Assembly: GCA_964016885.1 (NCBI GenBank)
Contig: OZ024741.1
Span: forward strand, 265,980,001-266,044,000
From: Eledone cirrhosa
Lineage: Eukaryota
Length of the DNA: 64,000 bases
Reading direction: 5' to 3'
Part shown: positions 16,000 through 34,050 of the stretch, in pieces
Layout: every line of letters begins with the position of its first letter
Position numbering within the stretch: position 1 is the stretch's first letter
Translations under genes and position numbers: made by a program
The notes under the pieces: model-generated
Databases searched by the model: none
The model's input: the letters and a program-made list of their open reading frames with translations, nothing else
What the model was told of the DNA's origin: nothing

Positions 16000-18900
16000 C
16001 ACAAACACTCTCTCACACACAAACACTCTCTCACACACAAACACTCTCATACACAAATCCACTCTCACACCCAAACACTCTCTAACACTCAAACATTCTC
16101 TCACACACAAACACTCTCTAGACACAAACACTCTCTCACACACAAACACTCTCTCACACAAATACTCTCTCACATACAAACACTCTCTCACACACAAACA
16201 CCCTCTCTGACACAAACACTCTCTCACATACAAACACTCTCTGATACACAACACTCTCTCACGCACAAACACTCTCTCACACACAAACACTCTTATACAC
16301 AAACACACTCTCACACCCAAACAATCTCTCACACACAAACACTCTCTCACACACAAACACGCTCTCATACACAAACACACTCTCACACACAAACACTCTT
16401 TCACACATAAACACTCTCTCACACACAAATACTCTCTCACACACAAACACTCTCTCACACACAAATACTCTCTCACACACAAACACTCTGTCACACACAA
16501 ACACCCTCTCTCACACACAAACACTCTCTCACACACAAATACTCGCTCACATACAAACACTCTCTCACACACAAACACCCTCTCTCACACAAACACTCTC
16601 TCACACCCAAACACTCTCTCACACACAAATACTCTCTCACATACAAACACTCTCTCACACACAAACACCCTCTCTCACAAACACTCTCTCACACCCAAAC
16701 ACTCTCTCACATACAAATACTCTCTCACACTCAAACACTCTCACACACAAACACTCTCTCACACACAAACACACTCTCACACACAAACACTCTCACACAC
16801 ACAAACACTCTCTCACACACAAACACTCTCTCACACACAAATACCTTCTCATACACAAACACTCTCTCATACACAAACACACTCACACACAAACACCCTC
16901 TCACACACAAACACTCTCTCACACACAAACACTCTCTACACACAAACACTCTCTCACACACAACCACTCTCTCACATACAAACACTCTCTCACACACAAA
17001 CACTCTCTCACACACAACCACTCTCTCACATACAAACACTCTCTCACACACAAACACTCTCTCACACACAAACACTCTCTCACACAAACACTCTTTCACA
17101 CACAAAGGCTCTCTCACACACAAACACTCTCTCACACAAACTCTCTCTCACACACAAACACTCTCTCACACACATACACTCTCATACACAAACACTCTCA
17201 CACCCAAACATTCTCTCACACACAAACACTCTCTCACACACAAACACTCTCTCACACACAACCACTCTCTCACATACAAATGCTCTCTCACACACAAACA
17301 CTCTCTCACACACAAACACTCTCTCACACACAAACACTCTCATACACAAACACTCTCACACCCAAACATTCTCTCACACACAAACACTCTCTCACACACA
17401 AACACTCTCTCACACACAAACACTCTCATACACGAACACTCTCATACACAAACACTCTCTCACACACAAACACTATCTCACACACAAACACTCTCTCACA
17501 CACAAAGACTCTCATACACAAACACTCTCATACACAAACACTCTCTCACACACAAACACTCTCTCACACACAAACACTCTGTCACACACAAACACTTTCT
17601 CACACACAAACACTCTCTCCAACACAAACACTCTCTCACACACAAACACTCTCTCACACACAAACACTCTCTCACACACAAACACACTCTCATACACAAA
17701 CACTCTCTCACACACAAACACTCTCATACACAAACACACTCTCAAACCCAAACACTCTCTCACACACAAACACTCTCATACACAAACACTCTCTCATACA
17801 CAAACACTCTCTCACACACAAACACTTTCTCACACACAAACACACTCTCACACACAAACACTCTCTGACACACAAACACTCTCTCACACACAAACACTCT
17901 CATACACAAACACACTCTCACACCCAAACACTCTCTCACACACAGACACTCTCTCATACACAAACACTCTCATACACAAACACTCTCTGACACACAAACA
18001 CTCTCTCACACACAAACACTCTCTCACACACAAACACTCTCTCACACACAAACACTCTCATACACAAACACTCTCATACACAAACACTCTCACACACAAA
18101 CACTCTCTCACACACAAACACTCTCTCACACACAAACACTTTCTCACACACAAACACTCTCTCACACACAAACACTCTCTCACACACAAACACTCTCTCA
18201 CACACAAACACTCTCTCACACACAAACACACTCTCATACACAAACACTCTCTCACACACAAACACTCTCATACACAAACACACTCTCAAACCCAAACACT
18301 CTCTCACACACAAACACTCTCATACACAAACACTCTCTCTTACACAAACACTCTCTCACACACAAACACTTTCTCACACACAAACACACTCTCATACACA
18401 AACACACTCATACACAAACACTCTTCTCACACACAAACACTCTCATACACAAACACACTCTCATACACAAACACTCTTCTCACACCCAAACACTCTCTCA
18501 CACACAGACACTCTCTCATACACAAACACTCTCATACACAAACACTCTCTGACACACAAACACTCTCTCACACACAAACACTCTCACACACAAACACTTT
18601 CTCACACACAAACACACTCTCATACACAAACACTCTCATACACAAACACTCTTCTCACACACAAACACTCTCATACACAAACACACTCTCATACACAAAC
18701 ACTCTTCTCACACCCAAACACTCTCTCACACACAGACACTCTCTCATACACAAACACTCTCATACACAAACACTCTCTGACACACAAACACTCTCTCACA
18801 CACAAACACTCTCATACACAAACACTCTCTCATACACAAACACTCTCTCACACACAAACACTTTCTCACACACAAACACACTCTCACACACAAACACTCT

Positions 18901-21900
18901 CTCACACACAAACACTCTCTCACACACAAACACTCTCTCACACACAAACACTCTCACACACAAACACACTCTCACACCCAAACACTCTCTCACACACAGA
19001 CACTCTCTCACACACAAACACTCTCTCACACACAAACACTATCTCACACACAAACACTCTCTCACACACAAACACTCTCACACACAAACACTCTCTCTCA
19101 CACAAACACTCTCTCACACACAAACACTCTCATACCCAAACACACTCTCACACACAAACACTCTCTCACACACAAACACTCTCTCACACACAAACTCTCT
19201 CTCACACACAAACACTCTCATACACAAACACTCTCTCACACAAACAATTTCTCACACACAAACACTATCTCACACACAAACACTCTCTCACACACACACT
19301 CTCTCAAACACAAACACTCTCTCACACACAAACACTCTCTCACACACAAACACTCTCTCACACACAAACACTCTCATACACAAATCCACTCTCACACCCA
19401 AACACTCTCTAACACTCAAACATTCTCTCACACACAAACACTCTCTAGACACAAACACTCTCTCACACACAAACACTCTCTCACACAAATACTCTCTCAC
19501 ATACAAACACTCTCTCACACACAAACACCCTCTCTGACACAAACACTCTCTCACATACAAACACTCTCTGATACACAACACTCTCTCACGCACAAACACT
19601 CTCTCACACACAAACACTCTTATACACAAACACACTCTCACACCCAAACAATCTCTCACACACAAACACTCTCTCACACACAAACACGCTCTCATACACA
19701 AACACACTCTCACACACAAACACTCTTTCACACATAAACACTCTCTCACACACAAACACTCTCATACACAAACACTCTCTCATACACAAACACTCTCTCA
19801 AACAAACACTCTCTTACACACAAATACTCTCTCACACACAAACACTCTGTCACACACAAACACCCTCTCTCACACACAAACACTCTCTCACACACAAATA
19901 CTCTCTCACATACAAACACTCTCTCACACACAAACACCCTCTCTCACACAAACACTCTCTCACACCCAAACACTCTCTCACACACAAATACTCTCTCACA
20001 TACAAACACTCTCTCACACACAAACACCCTCTCTCACAAACACTCTCTCACACCCAAACACTCTCTCACATACAAATACTCTCTCACACTCAAACACTCT
20101 CACACACAAACACTCTCTCACACACAAACACACTCTCACACACAAACACTCTCACACACACAAACACTCTCTCACACACAAACACTCTCTCACATACAAA
20201 CACTCTCTCACACACAAACACTCTCTCACACACAAACACTCTCTCACACACAAACACTCTCTACACACAAACACTCTCTCACACACAACCACTCTCTCAC
20301 ATACAAACACTCTCTCACACACAAACACTCTCTCACACACAAACACTCTCTCACATACAAACACTCTCTCACACACAAACACTCTCTCACACACAAACAC
20401 TCTCTCACACAAACACTCTTTCACACACAAAGGCTCTCTCACACACAAACACTCTCTCACACAAACACTCTCTCACACACAAACACTCTCTCACACACAT
20501 ACACTCTCATACACAAACACTCTCACACCCAAACATTCTCTCACACACAAACACTCTCTCACACACAAACACTCACTCACACACAACCACTCTCTCACAT
20601 ACAAATGTTCTCTCACACACAAACACTCTCTCACACACAAACACTCTCTCACACACAAACACTCTCATACACAAACACTCTCACACCCAAACATTCTCTC
20701 ACACACAAACACTCTCTCACACACAAACACTCTCTCACACACAAACACTCTCATACACGAACACTCTCATACACAAACACTCTCTCACACACAAACACTA
20801 TCTCACACACAAACACTCTCTCACACACAAAGACTCTCATACACAAACACTCTCATACACAAACACTCTCTCACACACAAACACTCTCTCACACACAAAC
20901 ACTCTCTCACACACAAACACTTTCTCACACACAAACACTCTCTGCAACACAAACACTCTCTCACACACAAACACTCTCTCACACACAAACACTCTCTCGC
21001 ACACAAACACACTCTCATACATAAACACTCTCTCACACACAAACACTCTCATACACAAACACACTCTCAAACCCAAACACTCTCTCACACACAAACACTC
21101 TCATACACAAACACTCTCTCATACACAAACACTCTCTCACACACAAACACTCTCATACACAAACACACTCTCACAACCAAACACTCTCTCACACACAGAC
21201 ACTCTCTCATACACAAACACTCTCATACACAAACACTCTCTGACACACAATCACTCTCTCACACACAAACACTCTCATACACAAACACTCTCTCATACAC
21301 AAACACACTCTCACACCCAAACACTCTCTCACACACAGACACTCTCTCATACACAAACACTCTCATACACAAACACTCTCTGACACACAAACACTCTCTC
21401 ACACACAAACACTCTCTCACACACAAACACTCTCATACACAAACACTCTCACACACAAACTTTCTCTCACACACAAACACTATGTCACACACAAACACTC
21501 TCTCACACACAAAGACTCTCATACACAAACACTCTCATACACAAACACTCTCTCACACACAAACACTCTCTCACACACAAACACTCTCTCACACACAAAC
21601 ACTTTCTCACACACAAACACTCTCTCACACACAAACACTCTCTCACACACAAACACTCTCTCACACACAAACACTCTCTCACACACAAACACACTCTCAT
21701 ACACAAACACTCTCTCACACACAAACACTCTCATACACAAACACACTCTCAAACCCAAACACTCTCTCACACACAAACACTCTCATACACAAACACTCTC
21801 TCATACACAAACACTCTCTCACACACAAACACTTTCTCACACACAAACACACTCTCATACACAAACACACTCATACACAAACACTCTTCTCACACACAAA

Positions 21901-24900
21901 CACTCTCATACACAAACACACTCTCATACACAAACACTCTTCTCACACCCAAACACTCTCTCACACACAGACACTCTCTCATACACAAACACTCTCATAC
22001 ACAAACACTCTCTGACACACAAACACTCTCTCACACACAAACACTCTCATACACAAACACTCTCTCATACACAAACACTCTCTCACACACAAATACTTTC
22101 TCACACACAAACACACTCTCACACACAAACACTCTCTCACACACAAACACTCTCTCACACACAAACACTCTCTCACACACAAACACTCTCACACACAAAC
22201 ACACTCTCACACCCAAACACTCTCTCAAACACAGACACTCTCTCATACACAAACACTCTCTCACACACAAACACTCTCTCACACACAAACACTCTCTCAC
22301 ACACAAACACTCTCATACACAAACACTCTCTCACACACAAACACTTTCTCACGCACAAACACTTTCTCACACACAAACACTCTCACACACCAACACTCTC
22401 TCTCACACAAACACTCTCTCACACACAAACACTCTCACACACAAACACTCTCTCTCACACAAACACTCTCTCACACACAATCACTCTCATACCCAAACAC
22501 ACTCTCACACACAAACACTCTCTCACACACAAACACTCTCTCACACACAAACACTCTCATACACAAACACTCTCTCACACACAAACACTCTCTCACACAC
22601 AAACACTCTCACACCCAAACATTCTCTTACACACAAACACTCTCTCACACACAAACACTATCTCACACACAAACACTCTCTCACACACACACTCTCTCAA
22701 ACACAAACACTCTCTCACACACAAACACTCTCTCACACACAAACACTCTCATACACAAACCCACTCTCACACCCAAACACTCTCTCACACTCAAACATTC
22801 TCTCACGAACAAACACTCTCTACACACAAACACTCTCTCACACACAAACACTCTCTCACACACAAATACTCTCTCACATACAAACACTCTCTCACACCCA
22901 AACACTCTCTCACACACAAACACTCTCTCACACACAAACACTCTCTCACACACAAACACTCTCATACACAAACCCATTCTCACACCCAAACACTCTCTCA
23001 CACACAAACACTTTCTCACACACAAACACTCTCTCACACACAAACACTCTCTCACACACAAACACTCTCATACACAAACACACTCTCACACCCAAACATT
23101 CTCTTACACACAAACACTCTCATACACAAACACTCTTCTCACACACAAACACTCTCTCATACACAAACACACTCTCACACACAAACACTTTCTCACACAT
23201 AAACACTCTCACACACAAACACTCTCTCACACATAAACACTCTCACACACAAACACTCTCTCACACACAAACACTCTCTCACACACAAACACTCTCTCAC
23301 ACACAAACACTATCTCACACACAAACACTCTCTCACACACAAACACTCTCTCACACACAAACACTCTCTCACACACAAACACTCTCTCACACACAAACAC
23401 TCTCTCACACACAAACACTCCCATACACAAACACACTCTCACACCCAAACATTCTCTCACACACAAACACTCTCATACACAAACACTCTCACACACCAAC
23501 ACTCTCTCGCACACAAACACTCTCACACACAAACACTCTCATACACAAACACTCTCTCACACACAAACACTCTCTCACACACAAACACTCTCACACACAA
23601 ACACTCTCTCACACACAAACACTCTCTCACACACAAACACTCTCTCACACACAAACACTATCTCACACACAAACACTCTCTCAGAGACAAACACTCTCTC
23701 ACACACAAACACTCTCTCACACACAAACACTCTCTCACACACAAACACTCTCTCACACACAAACACTCCCATACACAAACACTCTCTCACACCCAAACAT
23801 TCTCTCACACACAAACACTCTCATACACAAACACTCTCATACACAAACACTCTTCTCACACACAAACACTCTCTCACACACAAACACTCTCATACACAAA
23901 CAATCTCTCACACCCAAACATTCTCTCACACACAAACACTCTCATACACAAACACTCTCATACACAAACACACTTCTCACACACAAACACTCTCATACAC
24001 AAACACACTCTCATACACAAACACTCTTCTCACACACAAACACTTTCTCACGCACAAACACTTTCTCACACACAAACACTCTCTCACACGCAAACACTTT
24101 CTCACACACAAACACTCTCTCACACACAAACACTCTCATACACAAACACACTCTCACACCCAAACATTCTCTTACACACAAACACTCTCATACACAAACA
24201 CTCTTCTCACACACAAACACTCTCTCATACACAAACACACTCTCACACACAAACACTTTCTCACACACAAACACTCTCATACACAAACACACTCTCATAC
24301 ACAAACACTCTTCTCACACACAAACACTTTCTCACGCACAAACACTTTCTCACACACAAACACTCTCTCACACACAAACACTTTCTCACACACAAACACT
24401 CTCTCACACACAAACACTCTCATACACAAACACACTCTCACACACAAACATTCTCTCACACACAAACACTCTCATACACAAACACTCTCTCACACCCAAA
24501 CATTCTCTCACACACAAACACTCTCATACACAAACACTCTCATACACAAACACACTTCTCACACACAAACACTCTCATACACAAACACACTCTCATACAC
24601 AAACACTCTTCTCACACACAAACACTTTCTCACGCACAAACATTTTCTCACACACAAACACTCTCTCACACAAACACTTTCTCACACACAAACACTCTCT
24701 CACACACAAACACTCTCATACACAAACACACTCTCACACCCAAACATTCTCTTACACACAAACACTCTCATACACAAACACTCTTCTCACACACAAACAC
24801 TCTCTCATACACAAACACACTCTCACACACAAACACTTTCTCACACACAAACACACTCTCACACCCAAACATTCTCTTACACACAAACACTCTCATACAC

Positions 24901-27900
24901 AAACACTCTCTCACACACGAACACTCTCTCACACACAAACACTTTCTCACACACAAACACTCTCTCGTACACAAACACACTCTCACACACAAACACTCTC
25001 TCACACACAAACACTCTCTCACACACGAACACTCTCTCACACACAAACACTCTCTCACACACAAACACTCTCTCACACACAAACACTCTCTCACACACAA
25101 ACACTCTCATACACAAACCCATTCTCACACCCAAACACTCTCTCACACACAAACACTTTCTCACACACAAACACTCTCTCACACACAAACGCTCTCTCAC
25201 ACACAAACACTCTCATACACAAACACACTCTCACACCCAAACATTCTCTTACACACAAACACTCTCATACACAAACACTCTTCTCACACACAAACACTCT
25301 CTCATACACAAACACACTCTCACACACAAACACTTTCTCACACACAAACACACTCTCACACCCAAACATTCTCTTACACACAAACACTCTCACACACAAA
25401 CACTCTCTCACACATAAACACTCTCACACACAAACACTCTCTCACACACAAACACTCTCATACACAAATCCACTCTCACACCCAAACACTCTCTAACACT
25501 CAAACATTCTCTCACACACAAACACTCTCTAGACACAAACACTCTGTCACACACAAACACTCTCTCACACAAATACTCTCTCACATACAAACACTCTCTC
25601 ACACACAAACACCCTCTCTGACACAAACACTCTCTCACATACAAACACTCTCTGATACACAACACTCTCTCACGCACAAACACTCTCTCACACACAAACA
25701 CTCTCATACACAAACACACTCTCACACCCAAACAATCTCTCACACACAAACACTCTCTCACACACAAACACGCTCTCATACACAAACACACTCTCACACA
25801 CAAACACTCTTTCACACATAAACACTCTCTCACACACAAACACTCTCATACACAAACACTCTCTCATACACAAACACTCTCTCACACACAAACACTCTCT
25901 CACACACAAATACTCTCTCACACACAAACACTCTGTCACACACAAACACCCTCTCTCACACACAAACACTCTCTCACACACAAATACTCTCTCACATACA
26001 AACACTCTCTCACACACAAACACCCTCTCTCACACAAACACTCTCTCACACCCAAACACTCTCTCACACACAAATACTCTCTCACATACAAACACTCTCT
26101 CACACACAAACACCCTCTCTCACAAACACTCTCTCACACCCAAACACTCTCTCACATACAAATACTCTCTCACACTCAAACACTCTCACACACAAACACT
26201 CTCTCACACACAAACACACTCTCACACACAAACACTCTCACACACACAAACACTCTCTCACACACAAACACTCTCTCACACACAAATACCTTCTCATACA
26301 CAAACACTCTCTCATACACAAACACACTCACACACAAACACCCTCTCACACACAAACACTCTCTCACACACAAACACTCTCTACACACAAACACTCTCTC
26401 ACACACAACCACTCTCTCACATACAAACACTCTCTCACACACAAACACTCTCTCACACACAACCACTCTCTCACATACAAACACTCTCTCACACACAAAC
26501 ACTCTCTCACACACAAACACTCTCTCACACAAACACTCTTTCACACACAAAGGCTCTCTCACACACAAACACTCTCTCACACAAACTCTCTCTCACACAC
26601 AAACACTCTCTCACACACATACACTCTCATACACAAACACTCTCACACCCAAACATTCTCTCACACACAAACACTCTCTCACACACAAACACTCTCTCAC
26701 ACACAACCACTCTCTCACATACAAATGCTCTCTCACACACAAACACTCTCTCACACACAAACACTTTCTCACACACAAACACTCTCATACACAAACACTC
26801 TCACACCCAAACATTCTCTCACACACAAACACTCTCTCACACACAAACACTCTCTCACACACAAACACTCTCATACACGAACACTCTCATACACAAACAC
26901 TCTCTCACACACAAACACTATCTCACACACAAACACTCTCTCACACACAAAGACTCTCATACACAAACACTCTCATACACAAACACTCTCTCACACACAA
27001 ACACTCTCTCACACACAAACACTCTCTCACACACAAACACTTTCTCACACACAAACACTCTCTCCAACACAAACACTCTCTCACACACAAACACTCTCTC
27101 ACACACAAACACTCTCTCACACACAAACACACTCTCATACACAAACACTCTCTCACACACAAACACTCTCATACACAAACACACTCTCAAACCCAAACAC
27201 TCTCTCACACACAAACACTCTCATACACAAACACTCTCTCATACACAAACACTCTCTCACACACAAACACTTTCTCACACACAAACACACTCTCACACAC
27301 AAACACTCTCTGACACACAAACACTCTCTCACACACAAACACTCTCATACACAAACACACTCTCTCAACCAAACACTCTCTCACACACAGACACTCTCTC
27401 ATACACAAACACTCTCATACACAAACACTCTCTGACACACAATCACTCTCTCACACACAAACACTCTCATACACAAACACTCTCTCATACACAAACACAC
27501 TCTCACACCCAAACACTCTCTCACACACAGACACTCTCTCATACACAAACACTCTCATACACAAACACTCTCTGACACACAAACACTCTCTCACACACAA
27601 ACACTCTCTCACACACAAACACTCTCTCACACACAAACACTCTCATACACAAACACTCTCATACACAAACACTCTCACACCCAAACATTCTCTCACACAC
27701 AAACACTCTCTCACACACAAACACTCTCTCACACACAAACACTCTCATACACGAACACTCTCATACACAAACACTCTCTCACACACAAACACTATCTCAC
27801 ACACAAACACTCTCTCACACACAAAGACTCTCATACACAAACACTCTCATACACAAACACTCTCTCACACACAAACACTCTCTCACACACAAACACTCTC

Positions 27901-30900
27901 TCACACACAAACACTTTCTCACACACAAACACTCTCTCCAACACAAACACTCTCTCACACACAAACACTCTCTCACACACAAACACTCTCTCACACACAA
28001 ACACACTCTCATACACAAACACTCTCTCACACACAAACACTCTCATACACAAACACACTCTCAAACCCAAACACTCTCTCACACACAAACACTCTCATAC
28101 ACAAACACTCTCTCATACACAAACACTCTCTCACACACAAACACTTTCTCACACACAAACACACTCTCACACACAAACACTCTCTGACACACAAACACTC
28201 TCTCACACACAAACACTCTCATACACAAACACACTCTCACAACCAAACACTCTCTCACACACAGACACTCTCTCATACACAAACACTCTCATACACAAAC
28301 ACTCTCTGACACACAATCACTCTCTCACACACAAACACTCTCATACACAAACACTCTCTCATACACAAACACACTCTCACACCCAAACACTCTCTCACAC
28401 ACAGACACTCTCTCATACACAAACACTCTCATACACAAACACTCTCTGACACACAAACACTCTCTCACACACAAACACTCTCTCACACACAAACACTCTC
28501 TCACACACAAACACTCTCATACACAAACACTCTCATACACAAACACTCTCACACACAAACACTCTCTCACACACAAACACTCTCTCACACACAAACACTT
28601 TCTCACACACAAACACTCTCTCACACACAAACACTCTCTCACACACAAACACTCTCTCACACACAAACACTCTCTCACACACAAACACACTCTCATACAC
28701 AAACACTCTCTCACACACAAACACTCTCATACACAAACACACTCTCAAACCCAAACACTCTCTCACACACAAACACTCTCATACACAAACACTCTCTCAT
28801 ACACAAACACTCTCTCACACACAAACACTTTCTCACACACAAACACACTCTCATACACAAACACACTCATACACAAACACTCTTCTCACACACAAACACT
28901 CTCATACACAAACACACTCTCATACACAAACACTCTTCTCACACCCAAACACTCTCTCACACACAGACACTCTCTCATACACAAACACTCTCATACACAA
29001 ACACTCTCTGACACACAAACACTCTCTCACACACAAACACTCTCACACACAAACACTTTCTCACACACAAACACACTCTCATACACAAACACTCTCATAC
29101 ACAAACACTCTTCTCACACACAAACACTCTCATACACAAACACACTCTCATACACAAACACTCTTCTCACACCCAAACACTCTCTCACACACAGACACTC
29201 TCTCATACACAAACACTCTCATACACAAACACTCTCTGACACACAAACACTCTCTCACACACAAACACTCTCATACACAAACACTCTCTCATACACAAAC
29301 ACTCTCTCACACACAAACACTTTCTCACACACAAACACACTCTCACACACAAACACTCTCTCACACACAAACACTCTCTCACACACAAACACTCTCTCAC
29401 ACACAAACACTCTCACACACAAACACACTCTCACACCCAAACACTCTCTCACACACAGACACTCTCTCACACACAAACACTCTCTCACACACAAACACTA
29501 TCTCACACACAAACACTCTCTCACACACAAACACTCTCTCGCACACAAACACACTCTCATACATAAACACTCTCTCACACACAAACACTCTCATACACAA
29601 ACACACTCTCAAACCCAAACACTCTCTCACACACAAACACTCTCATACACAAACACTCTCTCATACACAAACACTCTCTCACACACAAGCACTCTCATAC
29701 ACAAACACACTCTCACAACCAAACACTCTCTCACACACAGACACTCTCTCATACACAAACACTCTCATACACAAACACTCTCTGACACACAATCACTCTC
29801 TCACACACAAACACTCTCATACACAAACACTCTCTCATACACAAACACACTCTCACACCCAAACACTCTCTCACACACAGACACTCTCTCATACACAAAC
29901 ACTCTCATACACAAACACTCTCTGACACACAAACACTCTCTCACACACAAACACTCTCTCACACACAAACACTCTCATACACAAACACTCTCACACACAA
30001 ACTTTCTCTCACACACAAACACTATGTCACACACAAACACTCTCTCACACACAAAGACTCTCATACACAAACACTCTCATACACAAACACTCTCTCACAC
30101 ACAAACACTCTCTCACACACAAACACTCTCTCACACACAAACACTTTCTCACACACAAACACTCTCTCACACACAAACACTCTCTCACACACAAACACTC
30201 TCTCACACACAAACACTCTCTCACACACAAACACACTCTCATACACAAACACTCTCTCACACACAAACACTCTCATACACAAACACACTCTCAAACCCAA
30301 ACACTCTCTCACACACAAACACTCTCATACACAAACACTCTCTCATACACAAACACTCTCTCACACACAAACACTTTCTCACACACAAACACACTCTCAT
30401 ACACAAACACACTCATACACAAACACTCTTCTCACACACAAACACTCTCATACACAAACACACTCTCATACACAAACACTCTTCTCACACCCAAACACTC
30501 TCTCACACACAGACACTCTCTCATACACAAACACTCTCATACACAAACACTCTCTGACACACAAACACTCTCTCACACACAAACACTCTCATACACAAAC
30601 ACTCTCTCATACACAAACACTCTCTCACACACAAATACTTTCTCACACACAAACACACTCTCACACACAAACACTCTCTCACACACAAACACTCTCTCAC
30701 ACACAAACACTCTCTCACACACAAACACTCTCACACACAAACACACTCTCACACCCAAACACTCTCTCACACACAGACACTCTCTCATACACAAACACTC
30801 TCTCACACACAAAAACTCTCTCACACACAAACACTCTCTCACACACAATCACTCTCTCACACACAAACACTCTCATACACAAACACTCTCTCACACACAA

Positions 30901-33900
30901 ACACTTTCTCACGCACAAACACTTTCTCACACACAAACACTCTCACACACCAACACTCTCTCTCACACAAACACTCTCTCACACACAAACACTCTCACAC
31001 ACAAACACTCTCTCTCACACAAACACTCTCTCACACACAAACACTCTCATACCCAAACACACTCTCACACACAAACACTCTCTCACACACAAACACTCTC
31101 TCACACACAAACACTCTCATACACAAACACTCTCTCACACACAAACACTCTCTCACACACAAACACTCTCACACCCAAACATTCTCTTACACACAAACAC
31201 TCTCTCACACACAAACACTATCTCACACACAAACACTCTCTCACACACACACTCTCTCAAACACAAACACTCTCTCACACACAAACACTCTCTCACACAC
31301 AAACACTCTCATACACAAACCCACTCTCACACCCAAACACTCTCTCACACTCAAACATTCTCTCACGAACAAACACTCTCTACACACAAACACTCTCTCA
31401 CACACAAACACTCTCTCACACACAAATACTCTCTCACATACAAACACTCTCTCACACCCAAACACTCTCTCACACACAAACACTCTCTCACACACAAACA
31501 CTCTCACACACACAAACACTCTCATACACAAACCCATTCTCACACCCAAACACTCTCTCACACACAAACACTTTCTCACACACAAACACTCTCTCACACA
31601 CAAACACTCTCTCACACACAAACACTCTCATACACAAACACACTCTCACACCCAAACATTCTCTTACACACAAACACTCTCATACACAAACACTCTTCTC
31701 ACACACAAACACTCTCTCATACACAAACACACTCTCACACACAAACACTTTCTCACACACAAACATACTCTCACACCCAAACATTCTCTTACACACAAAC
31801 ACTCTCACACACAAACACTCTCTCACACATAAACACTCTCACACACAAACACTCTCTCACACACAAACACTCTCTCACACACAAACACTCTCTCACACAC
31901 AAACACTATCTCACACACAAACACTCTCTCACACACAAACACTCTCTCACACACAAACACTCTCTCACACACAAACACTCTCTCACACACAAACACTCTC
32001 TCACACACAAACACTCCCATACACAAACACACTCTCACACCCAAACATACTCTCACACACAAACACTCTCATACACAAACACTCTCACACACCAACACTC
32101 TCTCGCACACAAACACTCTCACACACAAACACTCTCATACACAAACACTCTCTCACACACAAACACTCTCTCACACACAAACACTCTCACACACAAACAC
32201 TCTCTCACACACAAACACTCTCTCACACACAAACACTCTCTCACACACAAACACTATCTCACACACAAACACTCTCTCAGAGACAAACACTCTCTCACAC
32301 ACAAACACTCTCTCACACACAAACACTCTCTCACACACAAACACTCTCTCACACACAAACACTCCCATACACAAACACTCTCTCACACCCAAACATTCTC
32401 TCACACACAAACACTCTCATACACAAACACTCTCATACACAAACACTCTTCTCACACACAAACACTCTCTCACACACAAACACTCTCATACACAAACAAT
32501 CTCTCACACCCAAACATTCTCTCACACACAAACACTCTCATACACAAACACTCTCATACACAAACACACTTCTCACACACAAACACTCTCATACACAAAC
32601 ACACTCTCATACACAAACACTCTTCTCACACACAAACACTTTCTCACGCACAAACACTTTCTCACACACAAACACTCTCTCACACGCAAACACTTTCTCA
32701 CACACAAACACTCTCTCACACACAAACACTCTCATACACAAACACACTCTCACACCCAAACATTCTCTTACACACAAACACTCTCATACACAAACACTCT
32801 TCTCACACACAAACACTCTCTCATACACAAACACACTCTCACACACAAACACTTTCTCACACACAAACACTCTCATACACAAACACACTCTCATACACAA
32901 ACACTCTTCTCACACACAAACACTTTCTCACGCACAAACACTTTCTCACACACAAACACTCTCTCACACACAAACACTTTCTCACACACAAACACTCTCT
33001 CACACACAAACACTCTCATACACAAACACACTCTCACACACAAACATTCTCTCACACACAAACACTCTCATACACAAACACTCTTCTCACACACAAACAC
33101 TCTCTCACACACAAACACTCTCATACACAAACACTCTCTCACACCCAAACATTCTCTCACACACAAACACTCTCATACACAAACACTCTCATACACAAAC
33201 ACACTTCTCACACACAAACACTCTCATACACAAACACACTCTCATACACAAACACTCTTCTCACACACAAACACTTTCTCACGCACAAACATTTTCTCAC
33301 ACACAAACACTCTCTCACACACAAACACTTTCTCACACACAAACACTCTCTCACACACAAACACTCTCATACACAAACACACTCTCACACCCAAACATTC
33401 TCTTACACACAAACACTCTCATACACAAACACTCTTCTCACACACAAACACTCTCTCATACACAAACACACTCTCACACACAAACACTTTCTCACACACA
33501 AACACACTCTCACACCCAAACATTCTCTTACACACAAACACTCTCATACATAAACACTCTCTCACACACGAACACTCTCTCACACACAAACACTTTCTCA
33601 CACACAAACACTCTCTCGTACACAAACACACTCTCACACACAAACACTCTCTCACACACAAACACTCTCTCACACACGAACACTCTCTCACACACAAACA
33701 CTCTCTCACACACAAACACTCTCTCACACACAAACACTCTCTCACACACAAACACTCTCATACACAAACCCATTCTCACACCCAAACACTCTCTCACACA
33801 CAAACACTTTCTCACACACAAACACTCTCTCACACACAAACACTCTCTCACACACAAACACTCTCATACACAAACACACTCTCACACCCAAACATTCTCT

Positions 33901-34050
33901 TACACACAAACACTCTCATACACAAACACTCTTCTCACACACAAACACTCTCTCATACACAAACACACTCTCACACACAAACACTTTCTCACACACAAAC
34001 ACACTCTCACACCCAAACATTCTCTTACACACAAACACTCTCACACACAA
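16000..34050 (+). repeat. Large edited segmental duplication within the satellite (~16-25.4 kb copied to ~25.4-34 kb)
   Basis: Collinear near-identical ORF-track pairs: 16731/26176 and 17280/26725 (offset 9445), 18058/28517 (10459), 21482/30024 (8542), 22681/31241 (8560), 23227/31823 (8596), 24768/33419 (8651). Boundaries approximate. Confidence 0.8.
26790..28530 (+). repeat. 874-bp tandem duplication within the satellite
   Basis: Markers CATACACGA (~26872/~27746) and TCTCCAACAC (27061/27935), and ORF pairs 26941/27815 and 27451/28325, are all offset by 874. Confidence 0.85.
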
